A DNA stretch of 64,000 nt from an uncultured delta proteobacterium (GCA_963733195.1 CAVTCR010000081.1:96001-160000); one strand, 5' to 3'. Counted from the stretch's first letter, positions 19,203-30,489 are shown. Translations and numbers: made by a program. The notes: generated from the sequence alone by a model not told the origin.

Positions 19203-22200
19203 CTAGACGCTAGACTCTAGACTATCGAGTAGCGCTTTCGCCTCTTGCAAGTCTTTCGTGTCGAATCCTTCAGTAAACCAGTTGTAGACCTCGGATAACA
19301 TCTGTGTAGCTTCGTGGAGCGTGATGTGCGTGGATATCTTTCGTGCTGCGTATCTGCTTGCTGTTGTCGTAATCGGACCAGGCTCATCGTGGCGCGGAGT
19401 TCCAGCGATTTGGCTTGTTGTTTTTGCGCGATCTCGATAGCTTTGAGGAAACACGCTTCGGCGTCTTCTTGGGGGGCGGGGGTCAGGGGGCGGGGATCGG
19501 TAACTTTTGCCCTTTGTTTTTCTTCTTTTTCTCTACTGACTACTGACTGCTGACTACTGACTACTGTTTCCTGACTTTTGCCCTTTGCCTTTTGATTTCC
19601 TTGGACTCCAGACTCTAGACTCTGGACTCTAGACTGGGCGAGCGTTAGCTCGCCGCGCAGCCGATACAGCTCCGCCTCGTAGAAACGCTCGCCGGTTTTG
19701 TCCACCACCGTCAGCGCCTCGGCGAGTGCGGCCAGCCCTTCCTCTGTCTGCCCCGCTTTCCCATACGCCTCGGCCAGCAGGACAAGATAATAGGATTGAA
19801 ATAGACCTGCCCCTATGGCTTCGTGGGTGGCCAGTCCTTGGCGGATCTGGCTAATCCCCTCTGCGACTCTGTCCCTGCTCGGCTCAGCGCCCAGCCCTGC
19901 AGGACAGCCCCTTGCCCTAACCACATTGGAAATCCTTGCTCGCGCGCGAGGGTGATTGCTGCCTCGGCCCACTCTTGGGTCAGGGGTCTGTCCCGGCGGA
20001 GCTGATGCAACAGGGCAGCATAAACCCGGGCGGCGGCCAAGCTGTATGGATGAGACCGCTCTTCGGCCAGCGTACGCGCTGCATTGCTCTTCTGGAGCGC
20101 CTGGTCCGGATAGCCCAGATGCCACAGGACCCCGGCTGCATAGGAGAGGCCAAAGACCCCCGGCTCCATGCCGTAGAGGAACACAGGGGAGTGGTGGCGC
20201 TGAGAGTCATACAGGGTCATGCCCTGCTCCAGGTGCGCCTGGGCAGCGCCGAACTCACCCAGATGGAATAAGGTGCCGCCCAGCGCCCGATATGCCTCCA
20301 CGAGCAAGGCCGGGTCTTGCTCCCGCTGGGCCAGGCCCAGGAGTTGCTCCCCGAGCTCTCGCGCCGTGAGAAACTCGCCCCGCAACATGATGAAACGTCC
20401 GCAGCCCAAAGAGGACCCGGAAGAGCTGGCGGGTCTCCCCGACCTGCTGGCACAGCTCCCGTGCGCGGGTATAGGCGGCCATCACTTCCGGTGAGGCAAA
20501 ACTTCTGGTGGCTTGTAACGGCACGCCCAGAGTGAGGTGCAGTGTGAGTTCTTGTTGGGCGCGCTCGCGGGTGTCTGGCAACGTCTTGAGGAGATCTAAG
20601 GCGGTCGTGAAGATGACTGATCGCTTCTGCATTGGCCGACCGCTGGGCCGCCTGTTGCCCCGCCAGGTGCAGATACTCGACGGCTTTTTGCGTGTTGCCA
20701 CTGCGCGTGTAGTGATGCGCCAGCTCACTGTAATGGTCGTCCAAGGTGGCCCGATACAGTGCTTCAATCGCCTGCGCGGTCTGCTCATGCAGGACTTTAC
20801 GCCGCTCCTGCAGCACCGTGCCATAAGCGACCTCTTGGGTCAGGGCGTGCTTAAAAATATATTCCACCTCGGGAAAGGCGGGCTGCTCGTAGAGAAATTC
20901 TTTGTGTTGGAGGGAGGCAAGGAGGCGATACAGTTCGTCTTCTGGCTGGGTGATAACCTGGCGGATCAAGACTCAAGGGAACTCACGACCGATGACCGCA
21001 AGCTGTTGAAGAATGCTTCTCTTCTGGCGCGAGGCGGTCGATGCGGGCGGCGAGGATGCCTTGGACGGTGGGGGGAGATGGAATCTTGGGGTAGGGCGCG
21101 ACCCGGCCGGTCTGACCCGCTCGCCCAAACACGCCTTGCTCGCGTAACTCTTGGACCATCTCTTCCATGAAAAACGGGCGTGCCTTCGGTCTTCTCCAGG
21201 ATGAGCTGTTTCAAGGGTTGTAGGGGCGCAGCATGCTGCGCCCCTACGGTGTCGCCCAACAAGCACATCAAGAAATTCTTCGGCTTCCGCTTTACCAAAT
21301 GGCGCCAGCCGTAGCTGCGTGTAATACGTCTTCTGCCCCCATTCGGACCGATACTCAGGACGGTAGTTCACCAGCAGCAGGACCTTGGCCGAGGCTACAC
21401 TCTCACTCAGCACGTCGAGAAAGCCTTGCGTCTCGCTGTCAATCCAATGCAAGTCTTCAAAGATGAGCATCAGGGGCTGGTTAAGACTCTCCCGCAGGAA
21501 CAACCTTCTTGAGCGCTTCAAAGGTGCGTCGCCGCCGTATCTGCGGGTCCATCTGCTGAAGACTTGATTGCGGGTCTTCAATCCCCAGCAGAGCAAAGAG
21601 ATAGGGCAAGGTGTCTTCCAGACTGCGATCGAGTGTGAGCACTTTGCCCGTGATTTTCTCCCGCCGCTTCCGTTCGTCGTCCTAGAGGCTGATGTCGAAG
21701 TAGCTCTTGAGCAGTTCAATGAGCGGCAGATAGGGCGAGGCTTTGCCATGCGAGACTGAGTAGGCTTCCAGCACCAGGCAGCCACGTTGCGAGGTGAGCT
21801 TGAACTCGTAGAACAAGCGAGACTTGCCCTAGCCCCGGCTCGCCCATCACCCCGACAATCTGTCCGTGTCCGGCTTTCGCTTGCTCAAGGCCCGCTGCAT
21901 CTGCTCCAGTTCGCTCTGCCGTCCCACAAACCGGGTCAGCCCGCGGCGCGCCGAGACTTGTAAGCGCGTGCGCAGTGGTCCCGCGCCGAGCACTTCGTAG
22001 ACATGGAGCGGCTCTTCCACGCCTTTGATCTGCGTCTGCGCCCAGATCCTTGAACTCAAAATAGCCGTCGGTCAGCTTGTGCGTGTAGGCAGTGACGAGA
22101 ATCGACCCGGGCGCGGCCAGCTGTTCCATGCGCGCTGCTAAGATTCGTCGAATGTCCGACTGGGACATAGTCAGTATGCAAATCATCTTTGCGGATCGAC

Positions 22201-22889
22201 CGCAGAACGACTTCGCCCGTGTTAATCCCCACCCGCATCAACAGCGGCGGATAGCCTTTTAGTCGGAGCTTGTCGGCATACCGCCGCATCTCGTCTTGCA
22301 TGCGCAGCGCGGCATAGAGTGCCCGTTGGGGATGATCTTCATGGGCAAGTGGGTGCACCAAACAAGGCAAAGATGCCATCGCCCAAGGCTTGCGCCACAT
22401 AACCTTCATAGCGATGCACCGCGTCCATCATCAGCTGCAACGCCGGATCGATAATCGCCCGCGCTTCTTCGGGATCAAGCCCTTCGATGAGCGCCGTCGA
22501 GCCTTTGAGGTCGGCGAACAGGGCCGTGATCGTCTTACGCTCGCCCTCCGTAGACCCCCGTGCTTCTAACGCTGCCTGCTCCGCGCGGATCCGTTCGGCC
22601 AGATGGGGTGGCGTGTAGGTCACGGGGGAGAGTTCGGGTTCGGGGTTCGGAGTTCGGCGTCTTGACTTGGAACCTGGAACTTTGAACTTGGAACTGGCGC
22701 AGCCCCTGCCCACACCAGCACCTTGCCATCTTCATCCCGGGCCACGTGTTCCGCATCAATGAGTTCTGCCGCGACATCGGCAACGTAATCGTCATCCAGC
22801 GTGAACTCACGCTTCAGCGCTCGGTACGTCACCCGGCCTTTGTCCCGGACCTTCCCCCGCACCTGGTCCAATATCTCACGAAATGTCAT
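19203..22889 (-). CDS. Class III nucleotide cyclase - AAA ATPase - TPR protein (STAND-like), copy B; broken into many frames
   Basis: Fragments in order: N-terminal helical domain MTFREILDQVR, ERKTITALFADLKGST, GDG, GEPGLG, FEDLHWID, YIFKHALTQEVAY, TPRs, VYNWFTEGFDTKDLQEAKALL; may be a pseudogene or assembly error. Confidence 0.8.
21220..21247. repeat. Perfect 28-bp GTAG-type palindrome (REP-like) inside STAND copy B
   Basis: GTAGGGGCGCAGCA/TGCTGCGCCCCTAC. Confidence 0.9.
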
Positions 22890-22904
22890 TCTTGTTTCTC
22901 TACG

Positions 22905-23300
22905 CTACCAAAGAACCGTCACCCCATAGTCAGCAAAAATAGCCTCAATGGTCACAATGGGCACGCTCTGCAATTTTGCCTGTGCGATCAACATCCGGTC
23001 AAAAGGATCCCGATGCGGGCCAGGCAAACTGCCCGCTAAGAGCGCATGATCGACGGAGACCTCAAGGGCGGTAAAGCGCGCCTTTCGTAGGTACAGCGGA
23101 AATTGACTGACGATGTCCCCAGCCTCTGGTAATTTGCCAATCCGATACTTGGTCGCGATTTCCCAAGCCGAAGCTGCACTCACGAGGATCTCGTTCTCCG
23201 GTGCAGCAATGGTCGTCCGCGCTCGGTGTGAGAGTTTGGGATCGTCGAAGAGCCACCAGAGGAGTGTATGGGTATCGAGCAAGCACCTCATCGTTCCCAC
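22905..23300 (-). CDS. vapC: VapC-family PIN-domain toxin
   Basis: LLDTHTLLWW, SAASAWEIATK, HRDPFDRMLIAQA. Confidence 0.92.
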   Translation of the reverse strand: MGTMRCLLDTHTLLWWLFDDPKLSHRARTTIAAPENEILVSAASAWEIATKYRIGKLPEAGDIVSQFPLYLRKARFTALEVSVDHALLAGSLPGPHRDPFDRMLIAQAKLQSVPIVTIEAIFADYGVTVLW

Positions 23301-23515
23301 GCCTTTAGTTCCTCCTCGGGGAGTGGCTCAAAAAACGCATCGGTGACTTTCCCGTGCGCAATACCAGGGATGCGCGGCGAGCGCTCTTCGACTGGCAGCA
23401 AGCGCGCGACCGGCTGGTTATTTTCGGTGATGATGACCTCCTCATGAGGCTGAAGTGTATGGATCAAGTCCAAGAGTTTGGTCTGAGCCTCTTCAATAGT
23501 CACAGTTGACATCAC
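23288..23515 (-). CDS. Phd/YefM-like antitoxin
   Basis: VTIEEAQTKLLDLI...EVIITENNQPVARL...FFEPLPEEELKAW; overlaps the PIN gene. Confidence 0.85.
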   Translation of the reverse strand: MMSTVTIEEAQTKLLDLIHTLQPHEEVIITENNQPVARLLPVEERSPRIPGIAHGKVTDAFFEPLPEEELKAWER

Positions 23516-23571
23516 AGACTCCTGTTGTGGTTGATGACCGTTTGTACAAACGGCTCCTTTTCTTTTTTACT

Positions 23572-26500
23572 TTACCTTAGGAGAGACGTTCCAGCAGCGC
23601 CTTCGCCTCTTGCAAGTCTTTCGTGTCGAACCCTTCGGTGAACCAGTTGTAGACCTCGGATAACATGCCGGTGTGCTTCGTGCTCTGCTTGCCTTGTTGT
23701 TGCCACAGCCGGACCAGGCTCATCGCCGCCCGCAGTTCCAGCGATTTGGCTTGCTGGTGCTGGGCAATCTCGATGGCTTTGTGAAAACACGCTTCGGCTT
23801 CGGCTTGGGGGTCGGGGGTCAGGGGTCGGGGATCGGTGACTTTGAACTTTGAACCTTGAACTTTGAACTGTTGCAGCGTCAGCTCCCCTTTCAGCCGATA
23901 CAGCTCGGCCTCGTAGATACTGCTCCCCAGTTTTGTGCACCGTCAGCCAGCGCCTCGGCCAGCACCGCAAGCCCTTCCTCGGCTTGTCCACTTTTTCCGT
24001 ACCCTTCGGCTAGCAAGGCAAGATAATACGGACGTGCCCACTCTGCCCCGGTGGCCCGGTAGGCTGACAAGCCCTGACGCATCTGGTCAATTCCTTCCTC
24101 TACCTGTCCCTGCTCAGCCAGCGCCCAACCCCACAGGACAGTCCCCCACGCCAACCAGAACGGAAACCCTTGTTCAGTGGAGAGGGTCATGGCGGCCTCA
24201 GCTCGCTCTTTAACTGCTTGACTCTCTTGGCGGTGCTGATGGAGCACAGCAGCGAAGTCCAGAGCAAGAGCCAGGTTAAAGGGATGAGACATCTCCTGAG
24301 CCAGGGTGAGTGCCTCGTGGCTCCTTTGCAGCGCCTGCTCCGGATAGCCCAGAGACCACAGGGCCCAGGCTGCATAGGATGGGCAAAACACCCTGGAGGC
24401 TATGCCATAGATGAAGGTATGAGAGCGGTGCTGCTGAGAGTCGTAGAAGGCAATGCCTTGCTCGAAGTGCGCTCGGGCAGCGACCAACTCGCCAAGGTTG
24501 AACAAGGAGGCCCCCAAGGCACCATGCGCCTCCAAGAGGAGGATCGGATCTTGGGCACTCTGGGCCAGGCTGAGGAGCTGCTCCCCTAGTTCACGGGCCG
24601 TGTGTGTCTCTGCCCGCAGAGAATAAAACCTCCGCAGTCCTACCAGCACCGAGAAGAGCTTCGGGGTTTCCCCTACCTGGTGGCACAGCTCAAGCGCCCG
24701 GGTGTAGGTTTTACCTACTTCCGGTGCCGCAAGGCCTTTGGTGGCCATCCACACCGGACCGAGAGTGGTCTGTAGGAGCAGCTCTTGGTAGGTACGTTCG
24801 GGAGTGTCCGGGAGCGTGGTGAGCAACTCTAAGGCGGTCGTCAGATAATGGATCGCTTCCACATTGGCTGAGCGTTGGACAGTCTGTTGCCCGGCAAGTT
24901 GGAGGTAGTCAATTGCCTTCTCGCGTATTGCCGCTCCGAGTGTAGTGATGCGCCAGGTCACTGTAGTGCTCGTCGAGGTTAGTGCTATAGAGTCCTTCAA
25001 TAGCTTGCGCCGTGCGCTCGTGCAGGACTTTGCGCCGCTCCTGGAGCACCGAGTTGTATGCCACTTCCTGGGTGAGAGCATGCTTGAAGATGTATTCGAC
25101 TTCAGGAAACGCCGGCTGTTCGTAGAGGAATTCTTTGTGCTGAAGGGAGGCAAGGAGGCGATACAATTCGTCTTCGGGCTGGGTGATAACCTGGCGGATC
25201 AGGCTCACAGGGAACTCGCGACCGATCACCGCGAGCTGTTGAAGGAGCTGTTTTTCGGCAGGTCGAGTCGGTCAATGCGGGCGGCGAGTACGCCTTGCAC
25301 GGTCGTCGGAATATGTAGGTCGGTGGGTAGGGGCACGGCGCGCCGTGCCCCTGCAGCGTCGCGTACGAGCACCCCCTGCTCCACCAGCTCCTGGACGATC
25401 TCTTCCATGAAGAACGGCGTGCCTTCGGTCTTGTCGAGGATGAGTTGCTTGAGGGCTTGTAGAGACGTTGCATGCAACGTCTCTACAGTTGCGCCCAACA
25501 GCACGTCGAGAAATTCTTCCGCCTCGGCTTTGCCAAACGGCGACAACCGCAGCTGCGTGTAATAGGTCTTACTCCCCCACTCGTGGCGATACTCCGGCCG
25601 ATAGTTCGTAAGCAGTAAGAGCTTGGCGCTAGCTACACTTTCACTCAGGATATCGAGAAAGCCCTGCGTCTCATTGTCAATCCAGTGCAAATCCTCAAAG
25701 ATGAGGATCAACGGCTGATTAAGACTCTCGCGCAGGAAGAGCTGCTTGAGGGCTGCAAACGTCCGCTGCCGCCGAATCTGCGGGTCCATCTGCTGAAGTG
25801 GCGACGGTTGTTCTTCCACTCCGAGCAGGGCAAAGAGGTAGGGGAGAATGTCTTCGAGACTGCGGTCGAGCGTGAGTACTTTCCCGGTGACCTTCTCTCG
25901 TCGTTTGCGTTCGTCGTCCTGCGCCTGGATGTCAAAGTAACTCTTGAGCAGTTCGACCACCGGGAGATACGGCGAGGCCTTGCCATGCGAGACAGAGTAA
26001 GCTTCAAGCACCAGGCAGCCAGCTTGTGAGGTAAGCTTGAACTCATACAACAACCGTGACTTGCCTAGTCCAGGCTCGCCCATCACACCTACAATTTGTC
26101 CATGTCCAACTTTGACCTGCTCTAGTGCACGGCGCATTTGTTCCATCTCGCTCTGGCGCCCGACAAAGCGGGTCAGTCCGCGTCTGGCCGCCACTTGTAA
26201 CCGCGTACGCAGCGGTCCCGCACCGAGCACTTCGTAGACATTGAGCGACTCTTCCACGCCTTTGATCTGCGTCTGGCCCAAATCCTTGAACGCGAAGTAA
26301 CCGTCCGTGAGGCGGCGAGTTTGCTCGGTGAGCAGAATAGAACCAGGAGCGGCGAGTTGTTCCATCCGTGCCGCCAAATTGGTCGAGTGACCCACGGGAA
26401 CATAGTCGGCGTGCAGATCGTCTTTGCGAATCGACCGCACCACCACTTCGCCCGTATTGATGCCCACCCGCATCAACAAGGGCGGATAACCTTTTGTCCG

Positions 26501-27058
26501 CAACGTGTCCGCATACCGGCGCATCTCTTCCTGCATGCGCAGCGCAGCATAGAGCGCTCGCTGGGGATGATCTTCATGGGCAATAGGTGCACCGAACAGG
26601 GCAAAGATGCCATCGCCGAGCACTTGGGCCACATAGCCTTCATAGCGATGCACGGCATCCATCATGAGCTGGAGCGCAGGATCGATAATCGCCCGCGCTT
26701 CTTCGGGATCGAGGCCTTCAATCAACGCCGTCGAGCCTTTGAGATCGGCAAACAGTGCCGTGATCGTCTTACGTTCACCGTCCGTCGCTCCCCGTGCTTC
26801 CAGCGCCGCCTGCTCGGCGCGTATACGTTCCGCGAGGTGGGGAGGTGTGTAGCTCGCAGGAGGCGCACTCACAGCAAAAGGAGAAGACTGAACGGGTGGC
26901 GGTCGCCCGGCGAGCGGCGCGGCGCATTTCCCGCAGAACGCAAAGCCGGACGGGTTCTCAAAGCCACACTGAGAACAGCGTGGTATCAGCGAGGCCGCAC
27001 ACTTGCCACAGAAGTTCATGCCTTCGGGATTTTCAAACCCACAGCTTGCACAGCGCAT
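23572..27058 (-). CDS. Double zinc ribbon - class III nucleotide cyclase - AAA ATPase - TPR protein (STAND-like), copy A; a few frameshifts
   Basis: CxxC x4 N-terminus, ALFADLKGST, GDG, STNLAAR, GEPGLGKS, FEDLHWID, then TPRs continuing in ORFs 24909-25229 and 23891-25153 and a tail ending ...FTEGFDTKDLQEAKALL. Confidence 0.85.
25327..25354. repeat. 28-bp GTAG-type palindrome (1 mismatch) inside STAND copy A
   Basis: GTAGGGGCACGGCG/CGCCGTGCCCCTGC. Confidence 0.85.
25458..25487. repeat. Perfect 30-bp palindrome with 28-bp GTAG...CTAC core inside STAND copy A
   Basis: TGTAGAGACGTTGCA/TGCAACGTCTCTACA. Confidence 0.9.
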
Positions 27059-27209
27059 AGGGCCTCTTTACTCCTTGAGGTTTCCCGGGGCAAGGACAAG
27101 ACCTGAGCCTGGGCAATCAGGCGGCCATCTTCTGCAGAGGATACGCCGCCTGCCCTCTGTTTCCACACCTTTGGGTTATCCTCCTCAAAAGAGGAACCTG
27201 TGATGGCCC

Positions 27210-27874
27210 TCATTGCACAACCGCGCGTGCTAAGGTGCTGCGGTAGGGTTCTTGCGTGGTGAGCAGTGCGTCGAGAAACGTTTTCTCAGCCCAGCAGATG
27301 TCTTCGTCCGAGGCGCGCGCAGGGTCGCCGGTGAGCAATAGGCGAGATGGTCAGCTTGCTCTGCCGGTAGCGTTTGCAAGAGCGAGCCGAAACGCCTCGG
27401 GAAACTGGTCTTGCAGAACCATCTTGGGTGGTTTCTGCTTTTTTACTTCCGCGACGTTGCGGTTTCTTTGAGAGAGAAGAACGCCTCGACATCGGGTGCA
27501 TCAAGTGTTGCCAGGGCGGCGTGGGTTTGCGCTTCAGTAGCTTTATCGCGTACTACGGCAGCACAGGTAGTGACATCGGCAGAAGAGAGTAACTTGCGGC
27601 GAATGGTCACCCGTTGGAGCAGCTGGTCGTCACTCAGTCGCTTCCAGCCGCGCCGAGCGAGTCGATCGAGTGCCTCGTCAGTGGCGGCTGAGGATTGACC
27701 AACGAGCGTTTTCTGCACATCGGGATTGGCGAGGAGTCGTTGCTTTGTCTGCGTGGAAATTGTTTCGATGGAAGTGGATGAATATGAGGTTGGCGATTCC
27801 TTTTTGCTACAACCGATCGTTACGCTCATGAGTATGAGACTCACTCGAATAAGAATCGTCAGATCTTTGCCCAT
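27210..27874 (-). CDS. Hypothetical lipoprotein (frameshifted 3' half)
   Basis: MGKDLTILIRVSLILMSVTIGC lipobox; coding-like continuation across shifts to ...DEDICWAEKTFLDALL...LARAVVQ*. Confidence 0.55.
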
Positions 27875-27905
27875 AGCAATGCGCCCCTTTTGCCTTCGTA
27901 ATGTG

Positions 27906-27955
27906 GTAGGGCGGGCTCTGCTCGCCTGATCATCGGCGGCCAATGGCCGCCCTAC
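27906..27955. repeat. Intergenic inverted pair of GTAG REP-like units (REPIN-like)
   Basis: GTAGGGCGGGCTCTGCTCGCC-8 nt-GGCGGCCAATGGCCGCCCTAC. Confidence 0.75.
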
Positions 27956-28072
27956 GATTGCTCCGCTATAGAACTGACCGGTTGTTGCTGTCAATTGCTC
28001 GCACCGGTTGCCAAAGAAGCGCCACTCAGGCAAAACAAGACATAGCTCGCTAGTAAAAGGAGGAGAAATTGT

Positions 28073-28358
28073 ATGATTACGTTGACTGCCAAGCTCACGG
28101 TAAAGAGGGAAAAGAGAAAGAGTTTGAAGAGACGATGAAAGGTGTGGTGCCGAAAGGTGCGCCAAGAAGCGGGCAACCGCGCCTACACGATGTGCCAAGT
28201 CGAAAGAGAATCCCCGTGTCTTCATGTTCTATGAAGAGTATGTTGATGATGAAGCATTTAAGGCACATCGCAAACATCTGGGTGAACTGGGAGTGAACCT
28301 TGGTGCCATACTCGACGGCGCGCCGGTGTTGGAGTTTTACGAGAAGATTGCTTCCTAA
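28073..28358 (+). CDS. Antibiotic biosynthesis monooxygenase (putative quinol monooxygenase) family protein, frameshifted, absent from the ORF track
   Basis: AGGAGG RBS then pieces MITLTAKLTVK / GKEKEFEE / RQEAGNRAY / NPRVFMFYEEYVDDEAFKAHR...LEFYEKIAS*. Confidence 0.72.
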
Positions 28359-28487
28359 GGAAACAGGGGATGGGTAATAGGGGCTAGGGGACAGGGGAGG
28401 AAGAGGATAGCTCGATTAACTCTTCTGTCCCTTGTTGGCCTCTTTTTACCCAAATCCTAACTCCCAACTCCTAATTCCTGTCTGCAT

Positions 28488-29264
28488 GTGATTACCCGCA
28501 ACAACCTCTTCATATTTATTGCGCTGGTCTTTTTGTCTGTGCTTGCGTGGATCGTCACTGCTGCCCAAGCCGACGGTATGGGTTGGGGTATGTTCACGTG
28601 CAGTATGACGATGGGCACGCCTTTTTCTGTCAGTAATGCGTTTCTCTATGTCGCCCTGTGGGGCGTGATGATGATGGCGATGATGCTGCCAGCGATGACG
28701 CCGATCATCGAGGTCTTTCAGGCCATGGCACGACGACGACAAGAGCAAGCCTTGCCCTTTACGCCGGTGTGGGTGTTTGTTGCTGGCTACTTAGTATTGT
28801 GGACTCTCACTGGCGGTGTGGGCTATGCTGCCGATCTTGCGATCCAGTCGCTTCCTGCGCAGTTTCCAGCATTGCGTACCTACGGTATGGTAATTGGTGG
28901 AGTGACATTGATTGCCGCTGGAATTTATCAATTGACTCCGCTGAAATATCTCTGTTTGTCACAATGTCGCTCACCCATGGGCTTTCTGCTCAGCAGTTGG
29001 CGTGATGGGCATTGGGGTGCATTTCGCATGGGAATGGACCACGGATTCTACTGTCTCGGTTGCTGTTGGAGTCTGATGGCCGTGCTGTTTGTCGTTGGCT
29101 CAATGAACTTGGTATGGATGGGGATTTTGTCGGCGGTGATTTTTGTCGAGAAGATCGTTCCGCAAGGAGTAATCATCGGGAGAGCAACCGGAATCGTATT
29201 GATTGTGCTCGGTGTCGCTCTCAGTGCAGGTATTGTGCCTTTTGGTGAGGGGACCGTTACATGA
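28488..29264 (+). CDS. DUF2182-type predicted metal-binding integral membrane protein
   Basis: WGVMMMAMMLP, YQLTPLKYLCLSQCRSP, YCLGCCWSLMAVLF motifs. Confidence 0.88.
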   Translation: MITRNNLFIFIALVFLSVLAWIVTAAQADGMGWGMFTCSMTMGTPFSVSNAFLYVALWGVMMMAMMLPAMTPIIEVFQAMARRRQEQALPFTPVWVFVAGYLVLWTLTGGVGYAADLAIQSLPAQFPALRTYGMVIGGVTLIAAGIYQLTPLKYLCLSQCRSPMGFLLSSWRDGHWGAFRMGMDHGFYCLGCCWSLMAVLFVVGSMNLVWMGILSAVIFVEKIVPQGVIIGRATGIVLIVLGVALSAGIVPFGEGTVT

Positions 29265-29716
29265 TTAAACTCGAACCAGACATGCTCAATAAGGAAGTGC
29301 CACTCGGAGAGTTTGCCGTCACTGCCGATGATATTCGTGACTTTGCCGAAGCGGTTGGTGACCTCAATCCATTGTATCTTGATGCTGAAGCTGCTCGACA
29401 GGAAGGGTATCCTACGGTTATCGCGCCACCGACATTCTGCATGCACATTCGTGGACAACGATTATTACCTGAAGTGACAGTCGAGCCCGGCTTCACTACC
29501 CTGCACGCAGGCCAAGAGTTTGAATATTACGACGAGATCTATGCTGGGCAGACATACTCCGCGTTTGGCAAGCTGGTCGAAGTGTACGAGAAGACTGGAC
29601 GCAGTGGACCACTTGGCGTGATCGTACGCGAAATGGTGGTGAAAGATGCAACCGGCAAAACTGTGGTCGTGCTGCGCGAACGACAGATGGTGCGGTCACC
29701 GGAGAAAAAGATCTGA
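29261..29716 (+). CDS. MaoC/FAS1-like dehydratase N-terminal type hot-dog protein
   Basis: IRDFAEAVGDLNPLYLD, APPTF, LHAGQEFEY, EKTGRSG. Confidence 0.85.
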   Translation: MIKLEPDMLNKEVPLGEFAVTADDIRDFAEAVGDLNPLYLDAEAARQEGYPTVIAPPTFCMHIRGQRLLPEVTVEPGFTTLHAGQEFEYYDEIYAGQTYSAFGKLVEVYEKTGRSGPLGVIVREMVVKDATGKTVVVLRERQMVRSPEKKI

Positions 29717-29844
29717 GGCGTGAAACGTGAAGCGTGTTGCGTGAAGAAGAACTAGTAAAATTGTGGCTTTTGCTTGATTCATCACATACCACGCATTACG
29801 CAACACGTGGTACATAGTGCGTGTTACGTAAGGAGAATTCCGCT

Positions 29845-30288
29845 ATGGCGGTGAGAACCCTAAGGGCGTTCGCCGACATCGAAATCGGCGATGAAATCGG
29901 TCCAGTAACGAAGACTCCGACTAGTGACGTTGTCATACGCTATGCCAAAGCTGCGCGCATTACTGACCAGCGCTTTATTGATCCAGAGCGTGCGCGGCAG
30001 ACTGGATTCTCACAGCCGATTGTCCCAGGTCCGTTGAGCGCAACATTCCTGGCGCAAATTGTGACTGATCACTTTCCTGGTTGGCGCTTGCAGAATTTTC
30101 AAGTCAGCTTTCGCACGCCAGTAAAACACGGCGATACGCTCAATCTGTGGGGAAACGTGACCGAGAAAAACGGCGACGAGGCTGACGGTAGCGCGACGAT
30201 TCATTGCGACGTTATCGTAGAGAATCAGAACGGGGACCGTGCGATCGTGGGGACAGTGATACTAGGGATGCGCAAACCGGTGTTGTGA
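29845..30288 (+). CDS. MaoC-family dehydratase partner subunit
   Basis: Hot-dog fold pattern (IEIGDEIGP, PIVPGPL, FRTPVKHGDTL); adjacent to the previous MaoC-like gene. Confidence 0.78.
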   Translation: MAVRTLRAFADIEIGDEIGPVTKTPTSDVVIRYAKAARITDQRFIDPERARQTGFSQPIVPGPLSATFLAQIVTDHFPGWRLQNFQVSFRTPVKHGDTLNLWGNVTEKNGDEADGSATIHCDVIVENQNGDRAIVGTVILGMRKPVL

Positions 30289-30303
30289 AGTAAGGTAGTC
30301 ATT

Positions 30304-30489
30304 ATGGATAATTGGATCCTGTTAGGAATTTGGCTCAACACGATCATGCTACTGAGCGTCGGCGTAGCAACGGTGATATCGTTGCGAAGGATTGCTGAAG
30401 TCGTGGGACGCGTCGAGGAAACTGCCGCGCGAGGAGAACGAATGACCGCCGAGATTCTCACTCGGTTGACCAACTCAACTGCGCAATAG
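30304..30489 (+). CDS. Small hypothetical membrane protein
   Basis: 61 aa, one TM segment plus short coiled coil; TAAGG upstream. Confidence 0.5.
   Translation: MDNWILLGIWLNTIMLLSVGVATVISLRRIAEVVGRVEETAARGERMTAEILTRLTNSTAQ

Noticed and set aside
19203-27058. Diversity-generating retroelement or transposon explaining the duplicated STAND genes
   Set aside because: No reverse transcriptase, transposase or integrase in the window, and differences between the copies are not restricted to adenines
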